Shown: piece after piece, positions 36,166 to 45,557 of the stretch
How positions within the stretch are numbered: position 1 is the first letter of the stretch
How the letters are laid out: each line of letters starts with the position of its first letter
Origin: Podarcis filfolensis
Lineage: Eukaryota
Assembly: GCA_964270895.1 (NCBI GenBank)
Contig: OZ185441.1
DNA length: 64,000 nt
Reading direction: 5' to 3' (one strand)
Made by a program: the position numbers and the translations under genes
Notes under the pieces: model-generated
What the model was told of the DNA's origin: nothing
The model's database searches: none
The model's input: the letters and a program-made list of their open reading frames with translations, nothing else

Positions 36166-37248
36166 AAACCAGTTGCTTTGGAATCTTAAGGAAGCCCATG
36201 GAACTACTCTAGAACAGCGAGTCACCTTTGCTTTCCTGCAATGCAGGCCATTTTATGAAAGTTTCTTAAATCTCCACAACAAGGCAACAGCGAGGGGAGA
36301 AAGATGGAGGTAGCCGAACCAAGGAAACAAACAGACCATTTTTGAAAGAAGTTGGGGAAGGGGAGGAGACTAGTGTCTTTTCTTAAGTTTTGAAAGTATT
36401 CCTAGACTTTAGAAATCGACAACGGTAAAACGGTTTTTTAATTAGAGCAGGGCGTGTGCTCTGTCAGACCTCGGCTTCCTCCTACCCCAGCCGGCGCTAT
36501 TAAATGCTAGCATTTAGTGGTTAGAAGTAATTTGACGGGCTGGATTGGTTCTGCACACTGTTAACTCTGTAAAATATCGGCGCGCACAATGCACAGAGGC
36601 AGCCGCGTACTCTGAGAACTCCACTGTGTCCTGGGATTCCTTTGGTTTCAGAAGGAGGCTGCTCCACCCCTCCGATCCCTTTCCACCGGCTCCCATAAGC
36701 ATTGCTCTGTTGCACATCCCGCGTAAGCAAGGCGCCTGCCCACACGCAGCAGCCGGCAGCTAGTCAGCCAGCCCACCCCAAGGGACTCCGGCGATGCCCC
36801 TTAGAATAAAAACTAAAAGAGGGGGCGGGGGGGGGGAACCCAGCCTTTCCCTCTCCGCCTTGAGCTCAAGGATCTCGCAGCGCCCAAGGCCAAGTTCAGA
36901 GAGGGAGAGGAGACACCTATTGGCAAGAAGTCGCAGCAGGCAAAACGAAAAAGAAGGGGGAAAAAACCTGAAGGCTGCTTTGGGGAAACACCAGGGGGAC
37001 ACCGCTTCCCTCCTCCCAAGCGCAGCCGCCAGCTTGGCCCTCCCGCCGGTACACACACACACAGACACGCGCACGCGCGCACACACGCGCAAACACAGCC
37101 CGGCGCCTGCCCGGGTTTCCCTTGGCGCGGCTCTCCACAGAAGCAACAGCAGCAAAAATGTCAGAAAAGGCAGAGAAGAATCTGCGTCCGGAGAGGAGAA
37201 AGCGGGAGAAAGCGGCTCCGGGAGAGAGAGCCACCAGCGGTACTTTAC

Positions 37249-37267
37249 CTTCTTCTGCCGATTTCAT
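37249..37267 (-). CDS. NFATC1: NFATC1 exon 1-alpha coding part (MKSAEE + phase-1 G), the Met37-equivalent start
   Basis: Minus strand reads AGCAGC-ATG AAA TCG GCA GAA GAA G|GTAAAG. MKSAEE matches the NFATc1-alpha N-terminus. Canonical donor at 37247-37248; phase 1 fits exon 2 (G+AA gives E of EHY). Confidence 0.93.
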
Positions 37268-37307
37268 GCTGCTGCGACGGGACGGACGCGCACCGAAAGT
37301 TTCCCTT

Positions 37308-37370
37308 TCACCACTGGGCTGGATCTCGAGGCGCCAAGAGGATTTGGTTCAGAGGATCGCCCCTTGGCAT
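37308..37370 (-). other. 20-codon upstream ORF (MPRGDPLNQILLAPRDPAQW*) in exon 1-alpha
   Basis: ATG at 37370, TGA at 37310..37308; the ATG is 103 nt upstream of, and out of frame with, the ATG at 37267. Confidence 0.7.
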
Positions 37371-37819
37371 CCGCTCAGCACAAAAGGAGAGAAAGTGAGG
37401 TGGAGGCAGAGGGAAGAAGGTAGATCCTCTCTCGCGCGCGTGTCTTCACGCCCACGTAGCACAGCGCGCGTCTCCAAAGCTATTAAATGGAGACTCCAAG
37501 CTGGTGTTTCCCTCTCGCCACGGAATTTGGAAAGCCAAACGCGCGCACGGGAGGGGGGGAGGTTTTTTTTGTTTTTAAACAGAATAAATCTGGATCCTAA
37601 GCAGATGTCATTGAAATGAGCGTTGAGTGGGACGTGGGGAGAGAAGGGAAGGGAAGGAGGGGTGGTAAGGGCAGGCGCAAGGGATCCTGCCCCAAAGAGG
37701 AGCGAGAGAGAGCGCTTAGGAAGTTACTCACACGCGCTCTCCCTCCCTTCTCCTGGTGTCTTATTCAGGGCCGGGGTTTATTTTGATCAGGAAAGTTTGC
37801 AGAGTCTCCAAGTCTCTCT

Positions 37820-37930
37820 CTGACGCACGGCTGCTCGGTGACTGCTGCCTTTTTAAAGCTGGAAAACACCCCCCTCCCTCCTTCCCCCTCCCAGCCCCTC
37901 TCCCCGCCCAGAGCCCCGTGATGTCACGGG
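37820..37930 (-). promoter_or_regulatory. NFATC1 P1 core promoter
   Basis: Minus strand GGTGTTTTCCAGCTTTAAAAAGGCAG: TATA-like TTTAAAAA (37850..37857) and NFAT site (37860..37866). Also a GC box (37902..37909), a CRE/ATF-like TGACATCA inside an inverted repeat (37915..37930) and a half-CRE at 37821..37825. Lies about 560 nt upstream of the alpha ATG and resembles the mammalian P1 core as recalled. Confidence 0.75.
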
Positions 37931-38262
37931 TCCTGCGAGCTCCTCTCAGCTGCCTGGCGAAGGAGTCAGCCAGCCAAGCCAGCGGAGAAGAGCGCTGCAA
38001 GCTGGAGAAGAAAAGTCCTAGAGGAGAACCCCGCTCTAGCTCCGCTCCACCTCCAGCGGATTCTGCTGAGCAGGCAGATCTTCGCCACCGTCGAGGCTGC
38101 GACCCAGAGCACCCACCTAACCGATTCTATCTATCCCCGAAGTTGGGTGCGCGGGGGACCTGGTGTCTGAGAAATGTGAGCCGCAGATCAATAAAGGTGG
38201 GAGGAAGAGGGGCTGGAGAGAGAAGCGGAGAGGGACCACGCATGCTGAAATCATTAGGCTGA

Positions 38263-38347
38263 GGAAAGGGGAAAAAATCTCAGGCTTCCCCCGCTGTGGA
38301 AATTTGGAAAAGAGCATCAACTGGCAAGCATCAGGAAGGAAAATCCC
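38263..38347. promoter_or_regulatory. Cluster of five NFAT (GGAAA) sites including a tandem pair and a kB/NFAT-like composite, upstream of P1
   Basis: GGAAAG 38263, GGAAAA 38270, GGAAAT 38298, GGAAAA 38306, GGAAAATCCC 38338..38347. Confidence 0.55.
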
Positions 38348-39310
38348 ATTCTGCTAAATTACTAACAGACTCCGAAGAGTTAGTTTCGATAACTGAGATT
38401 TATTGAGATGGGTCTTATTCCCTAAATATTTCAGCAGCGCCGTTTTGAAATTGCAAAATCAACCCGGGAGGAGTGAAGTGGCGCGTTTACAGCTCCTCCC
38501 TCTTTAAAGCAAAACACACGCACGCACACAAAAATACACAAATGCACAGTGGCACTTGAAAGTATAGGCTGCGATAACTTTTTATGAAGGCCCCAAACAG
38601 TATGCGGGGCTTTGGTATCGTTCAAGCCTTCTGTTAATTCAATCCTTTCCCGCCGAGCGTTTTGCATTATATCACTGCTGCTCTTGATTTGCCAAAATTT
38701 AAAAACGGGTGGGTGGGTAGAATTCCTCGCTGGAGTTGACAAAAAGAAGATCTGGGCGGTTAAAATCTCGGGCGCATGAATAAAAATAACAACCACCACC
38801 CAGTAAATCTACTTCACAACACTCCATTTGTCTGGGGGAAAGGAAGCTCTGCGGACTCAGTGAATAAGGAGAAGCCGGTTATTTGTGTTCGGGAACTGCT
38901 GAAAACGTGCTACATTTGGCACGGACCTCAGACAGAGCTTAGCGTAACTTCTGGGGCGGTTTCCTCCCCAAACGAGCTCGAGGCTCCTAAGTGCTTCACA
39001 ACGTCAGTGAAATTCTAGTGTAGCGAGAGAGATCTCCGAAAGAAGGGGCGCCGCACGGCCCTCCCCCCGCGCACGGCTTTTTAGCTCCTGCAGGAGTTCT
39101 TTGCAGAGTTGAGTTGGGAAGGAGAGCGCAGGCGAGCACGTGCGCGCGGGGAGGGCGCGCCGAGGCAGGCTTGCTCGGCCTGTGGATGGGTTGCAATGGA
39201 AGAGACTCGTGGCGACGCGCTTTTTGAGACTTTCTCTGGGCGTGGGAAGCTGACAAACCCTTCACAGAAATCAGTAGGGTTGATCCCGAGTCAATATGCC
39301 ACGTTTCTCA

Positions 39311-39462
39311 GGTTAGGAGCGCTCAGTAAGATTGGTAGAGGTTAGACTTCCTCAGGGTGGTGAGTTCGAGACCCACGCTAGGCAAAAGATTCCTGTTTTG
39401 CAGGGGGTTGGACTAGATGACCCTCGAGATCCCTTCCAACTCTACGTTTCTATGATTCTATG
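39311..39462 (+). mobile_element. tRNA-derived SINE with CR1-like tail
   Basis: Same family as 6205; ggttggactagatgaccctc...ctatgattctatg tail. Confidence 0.75.
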
Positions 39463-41099
39463 GCCTCTCTTCCTATCCGGAAGCGTTGCAACGGGCCCTT
39501 CTCCTCCTGATTTTGCAGCTCCACCCCAAATTCTTGAGTGGGCAACAGGTACAAGTCCTTTAACACCCAAGTGATGTGTGCCCAATATGTGGCTCCATCA
39601 GCCAGTCTAATTATCACACCGCTGCTACGACTCTGCCACTACATACTGGACAGAATCCGACCCGAAGGGGCATTTCCTAGCTTTTCTGCTCCCCTTTTGC
39701 GCTTGGCGCTTCACGGTCTTGAACTGGGAATGGCGTCCGGAGACGCACGAAGGGTCGCCACTGCCCTTCGTTGGGTGGGGGACAAATGGGCAAGAAAAAC
39801 CAAGGAGGGATGTTGGTGGGAGGAACACACGAAACCTCCTTTTAGTGAGTCCAAACACTGATCCATCCAGTCCAGGGTCGCTCACATTGATTGGCAGTGG
39901 TGGCTCGCCAGAATTTCTGGCGGGGGTTCTCCCTGGAGCGCAGAGGACCTTTGGCCGCAAGGCATGGACTCTGGCAACGGAGCGCAATGGCCATCCCTTG
40001 AGTTTTAGTTTCCACTCGTTTTCGGAGTTTGGGGAGTTCCCCTTCATAGTGAAACCGCCGGCGCTATTTCTACAGATATAGAGGAAACAGGACGTGCCTG
40101 GTGGGCGAAGGGTTAGGGTTCTTCAGTTCGCTCAACCTGCCTGTATCTGATCTCGCGTTTATTCCACCCCTCTTGGCCATTCAAATCGTAGGGGGACATT
40201 TCCAGAGCTAGAATTGAAGGGACAAGGGGGGAAAAAGAGAGACAGAAAAATGAGGTTTGTTGACACTTAGCGCCTGCGGACCCGCAACCACGACGCGCTC
40301 TGGCACACAGGCACGCACGCTCACACATCTCCAAATAGAAGTGCGGATGTTCCGAGCACAGTGGGATGTGCCGGACTTCAAATATACAGAGGCGAAACAG
40401 GAAAGGTCCATCTCCTCTTGACACAGACCACTGCAGCGACACGTGCGCCTACAGAAGCGCAGCACTTGCCCGGGTATTCGCTACCACCGCAGAAGCAAGA
40501 GTTGGCACCCTGGTCTTTGCACTGCGGACCTGGATATACTCAGTGGAGGACCTACAATTTGGGGGGTCCTGAAGCTTGCTGGGGGGCCCTTCGCAGCCAG
40601 CAATGAGGTCTGGGTAACCGCCGTTGTCTTCTTCAGTGGGGTTGTTCCATGACAGATCACCACACCTTTACAACATCTGCGCTACTGACTCTCAGACTTT
40701 GGGATTGTTGAAATATACATAATAACAACAAAATAATAATAATCATTTGGGGATTAGGGACCCTGTAGTTTAAGCTTCATTCTTTTTATAGTAGATCACC
40801 CCTGGGCATACCACATTCTTATGGCATCGTGTGCAGGCGTGGAAAGACACCCACAGCCCAAAATGAATCGTACTGTAAAAAAAAAAAAAACCGAGCTGGA
40901 AATACATGTGGGGGCAAAGGAGTTAATGAATTGTTTAAGGCTATGGAGGGTGTCTATATTTGGTGGAAGTTGGTGGGGGGAGCTTGTGGAGTTTATTTCT
41001 CTGTTTTTCTCCCCACAGCTGACCAGAAAAAGCACCCACACATGGTATCAATGTTCCCAGCAGGAGAGCATTCGATCGGAACACCAAGAGATGACTTGC

Positions 41100-42400
41100 A
41101 CGTGCGAAGGGGCCATCACGGATCTAATACCCCCGAGCGGTGCTTCACGCAATCAAGCTGTAGGAAAGTGGCGCACGCGTGCGCACACGCGACGGGGTGG
41201 GCATTTATCCCGGTGAAAAGTATGCGTTGAGGGAAAGTTGAGCGCGCGCGCTGTTCATCATCAACCCGGTGCCCTACGGAAGCACCGCATGGGTGCTGGA
41301 CGCCTCCGGCTGCTATAGTCGTCACTTTGAATGGAAAAAGGGCTGCATTTTTAGGATGGGGAACCATCGCTTGCGGGAGGGGAGTAGTTTAGTAGCACAG
41401 CAGCACATGCCTGCCTGACACGCAAAGAGCGCGGCTTCCATCCCCGCCGCCTCCAGGCAGGGCTGTGAGAGGAGCAGCACACACATACACGCCGCCAATC
41501 TGAAACTGCGGAAAGCCGCTGCGAGTCCAAAGAAAAGAGGGACCAAAGCTGTGATTCGATGGCAGGCAGCTCCCTGGGTTTCCTTCACGCCACCACAACA
41601 CACACACACACGTGCGCAAGGAAGCCGTCTTCCCCACAGCAGCCCTCGCCAACGCCGGCCGGCCAGCCCCCCCCCCCCCCCGCGCGGGGGCGTCCCGTCA
41701 GAAGCCACCCAAGTCCTCTCTCCTCCTCCTTCCCTCTTCCTCGAGGGCCACCCCGCCCCCACCAGCCCCCGCGCTGGCTCTGAGGCAAGGGCTGGCGCGC
41801 GGGCGGGCGGGAATGTTGTGTGCGCGCGCGCTCTCGAGCGCGTGAGTGTGGAGGCTCCCCTCTCGAGCTCCGACAGGCTGCTGAGTGAGGATGAAAGCTG
41901 CTCTCGCCCTGCCTGCCTCCTCCTTTCCTGTCTGCTTCCAGTGAGCTCTCGCTCGCTCGCTCTCCCTCCCGCTTCTCCGGCGCTGAAATGACGGAATCCC
42001 CAGTCTGTTGCCTCCTGTTTAATGCCGTTGCCTGGACCACCGTGGCTCGGCTCCAAGTCCGAGGGAGTTTTCGAGGGAGGAGGAGGAGGGCGGCGGGCGG
42101 CGGGCGCAGCAGCGGCAACTGCAGCCAGCTAACCTTGGCCGCCTGGGCTGCGGCGCGCAGCTGGCCCCACCGCCAGATGTTCCCGCTTGCTCGCTGGGCC
42201 CAGGCGGCCCCCAGCGCTGGCTCCCCACGCCGCCGCCGCCGCCGCCGTTCCCGCCACCAAGCTGAGGGAAGCTGTCTCCTCCCGCCTTCTGCTGCTCTCT
42301 CCCTTGCCCCGCCATTTCTCTCCCTCTCGCTCCCGTCGCCTCCCTTCTCCTGAAGTTTGTTTACAAGCGCTACCAGGAGAGGCTGCGAACCTGACTTTAT
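41100..42400. promoter_or_regulatory. Separate CpG island upstream of P1 with no assigned exon
   Basis: Very GC- and CpG-rich; contains (GCC)n, the palindrome GCGCACGCGTGCGC and a kB-like GGAATCCCC; boundaries approximate. Confidence 0.65.
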
Positions 42401-44191
42401 TTTAGGGATTGGTGATGACTAACAAAGTTACAAGAGAGCTTTTAGTACCGAAAAACAAGCCTATTTTTAGTCGGGCCTGTTGTTTCAGTGGCTGGACTGT
42501 AGCAATTTCACCCCTACGCCCCTTCCAGATGCCAGCTAACTCCTGGCGGGGAGGTGCCCTGAAAGAACAACGCACAAATAGAGAGAGAGAGAGAGAGGCC
42601 TGTTCCAAGTTTTGCACCAGAAGGCATGTAGCAGTTAAGAAATAAATAACCTGCCTGAATCAGCTCGAGGAATCCCACACATCATTGTTTTGGATACAAC
42701 TGACTTCAATTTAATTTGGCGTTTCCAGGACACAGGCCCCACGGCTGTTTTCCACCTCCCTTCAGGCCAAAGGCAACCCTCAAAAGAGTGTCAGGTGCAC
42801 TTTCGGTGACCTCTCTGCGTTGGGACAGCGGAGCCCTGATGCTGGAGTGGGAATAATGCTCTGCATTCATCGAGGACCCCTCCTTTACCTTCCTATTTAT
42901 TTAAAACATTTCTTCGCCACCCTTCATCCGGATGGAGTGCAGGGAAGCATGCAACAGGACCGGGCCCTGCAAGTCAGTGGGAGGAGGTGTGTGCCTCCTT
43001 TAAGCACAGCAGGGAAATCTATGGCATATATGTCTCTCATCACTGCCTTGCTGTGGGGAGAGCTGCGCTAGGTCACACAGTGACCACAGCTTAATGCAGG
43101 TCAGGAGCTGGCAGCATTATGGCCCACATCTAAGGAAGTGAAGAACATGGTTCTGTGTGCCCAGTGGCTTTTCCCAAAAGCACCTCCCCGTGCTTCACGG
43201 CAACCGTGGAAAATCAGTAGAATTCAAAGGGGCAAAAAGGGAACTCATCCCACCTGGTCTGTGCAAAAGGCCTGGCATCACCTAAAAGTACAGTGTACAG
43301 ACTAGGCACCGGGAAGATCCAGATTCAAATATTTCCACAGCACACACTAGACGTGCAAAAAAACCTAGAGTCCTTCAACCCAGTAGTCTCCCAATCTACA
43401 ATATGGTAATAACAACAATAATAATGTCATCATCATGTCGTAATCACTATGCAGAAATCACATTATTACGATTCCCCTTCTTCTTTTAACAAGTCCAGGG
43501 ATGCTAAAAGGAATAATGCATATAATAGAAACGTAAATGATGGTTTTACTACACAGGGCTGCTGTGAAGATTAAAGAGATTGTTTATATGAAGCGCTTTG
43601 AACTTTAAACATGAAGTAAGTGCTTAGTATTATAATTATTTATATGAGGGAAGCAGCATATAAAGAAAAATAATAATATATATATAATATAATAAATGAA
43701 TACCTTATTGAAGTTGAAATGAGGTACCTATTCTGGGGAGAGTTTTGAATGAAGGACATGGATGTGTGATTCAGGAGACCAAGCTCCCGCCAATTTGGTG
43801 CTTGAAGTAGAATGTACCAGTATTCTAGAGGTTATTGCAGTGGGTATGTTGAGAGAACAAAGTAGCCAACAGTGTCGTTTTATGGATAGGAGTGAATTAA
43901 CTGCTTTCCACTCTACTTTATTAAATGCAGTATGACTTGCACACATTTTCACCAAAAGTTCAAAATTTATTTTAAACTTTTGCCCATCTGGTGCTTCTGA
44001 TGGTGTATAAATATGCTTCCTCCCTGTTTGCCACCATTTGGGTAAGATTTATGCTTTTTGGGGTCCCTTAAAAACCTTGCTGTTTAACCATGCAGATATT
44101 CTTTTGCATTACGGTAGCTTGCACCTTTTTCAAGTGATATAAGAATGAGGTGCACAATTTATCAGAGTCTCACTCGTTGTGGTTTTAAATA

Positions 44192-44409
44192 CAGTGGTAC
44201 TTCGGTTTACATACGCTTCAGGTTACAGACTCCGCTAACCCAGAAATAGTACCTTGGGTTAAGAACTTTGCTTCAGGATGAGAACAGAAATCGTGCTCTG
44301 GTGGCAGCAGGAGGCCCCATTAGCTAAAGTGGTACCTCAGGTTAAGAACAGTTTCAGGTTAAGAACGGACCTCTGGAACCAATTAAGTACTTAACCCGAG
44401 GTACCACTG
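44192..44409. mobile_element. Tc1/mariner (Tigger-like) MITE, copy C
   Basis: Same TIRs, TA TSD. Confidence 0.88.
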
Positions 44410-45200
44410 TACTCTCCAAGCTTCCTGAAGGGATTTGACACTCTTAACTGAGCCTTTCCCCCCTTCTCTTTATATAATCCTCTTATTTCAGGGTGGGAAT
44501 TGCCTTTTCAAATTCAGGTTGGCTGTGTCCTAGTCACTTATAAGTTTAGTTTTATAGCTTTGTGATCATGGCTTCCAAACCATTTAAACTATTTACATCT
44601 TGTACTAGATCCTGAGCACTGTTTAGAATTAAATCAATAATTGCTTCTGTCATGACTTAACAGTGCAATCGTGTGCGCACTTACCTGTAAGACTTTCTTC
44701 TGCGCAAATATGCAGGGGATTATGCTGCCCCCATTTATATTTATATTTCCTCAAATCATTTATATTTCCTCAAATCAGACCATTCATATTGGGTAGGTTC
44801 CAGAGATGCTGTGAGCAGAGATACACTCCCGGGGCAGGGGAGGGTGTGACCTCTCCCCCATGGCTCCTGAAAACCTGGAGGCCTCGAGGAAATAGTGTGG
44901 AATCAGAACTGTCATTGTGGAGGGAAGAGGGTGCTGGATTCCAGCCCCTTCTGCAAGTAGAAGGAGGAGTATGGCAAGTTTGGACCCAACTCAGTGATGA
45001 GCTTTCTGATTTACCCTGATTACTTCTGGCATCAGACAGAAAGACATTACAGTTTTGACTGAGAGCAGATATGTCCCTATTAGATAATAATGCATTTTTA
45101 CCCAGAAAATTCTGTCTGGGGTGATTCTCCGGATTCCAAAAAATAATAATTGCCCCCTATGCTTTATTCAGTATATAGAGCAACACTACATGCGGTATGA

Positions 45201-45557
45201 TGATGCGGGTGGCGCTAGGACACGGGTGGCGCTGTGGGTTAAATCACAGAGCCTAGGGCTTGCCAATCAGAAGGTCGGCAGTTTGAATCCCCGCCACAGG
45301 GTGAGCTCCCATTGCTCGGTCCCTGCTCCTGCCAACCTAGCAGTTCAAAAGCACGTCAAAGTCAAGTAGATAAATAGGTACCGCTCTGGTGGGAAGGTAA
45401 ACGGTGTTTCCGTGCGCTGCTCTGGTTCTCCAGAAGCGGCTTAGTCATGCTGGCCACATGTACACCAGCTCCCTTGGCCAATAAAGCGAGATGAGCACCG
45501 CAACCCCAGAGTCGTCTGCAACTGGATCTAATGGTCAGGGGTCCCTTTACCTTTACT
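45201..45557 (+). mobile_element. Sauria SINE with duplicated 5' head
   Basis: tRNA-like head (GGTGGCGCTGTGG A-box, degenerate B-box AGTTTGAATCC) and CCTTTACCTTTA tail. Probable TSD TGCGGTATGA (45191..45200) / TGTGGTATGA (45558..45567). Clearly homologous to the copies at 54461 and 58348. Confidence 0.9.

Larger units (their letters stand above)
36700..38250. promoter_or_regulatory. CpG island over P1 / exon 1-alpha
   Basis: High GC and dense CpG compared with the CpG-depleted flanks; boundaries estimated by eye. Confidence 0.8.

Noticed and set aside
36794-37619. Long plus-strand ORFs (209 aa and 165 aa) antisense to exon 1-alpha
   Set aside because: Typical stop-poor CpG-island frames with Arg/Ala/Ser bias and no domain.
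37373-37731. Possible intron in the alpha 5' leader (GTGAGT at 37731, pyrimidine tract near 37380-37420)
   Set aside because: Exonic donor context is poor (CGT|GT), the first AG is a disfavoured GAG, and the pyrimidine tract resembles the recalled mammalian 5'UTR. Not supportable without RNA data.
36490-40069. Shared 12-mer GCCGGCGCTATT at 36490 and 40058
   Set aside because: Many 12-mer coincidences are expected in 64 kb; not significant.
41322-42056. 244-aa minus-strand ORF containing IKQE (SUMO-like motif) upstream of NFATC1
   Set aside because: Non-ATG start, low-complexity GC-rich translation, no similarity to NFAT N-termini I know, and no convincing donor linking it to exon 2.
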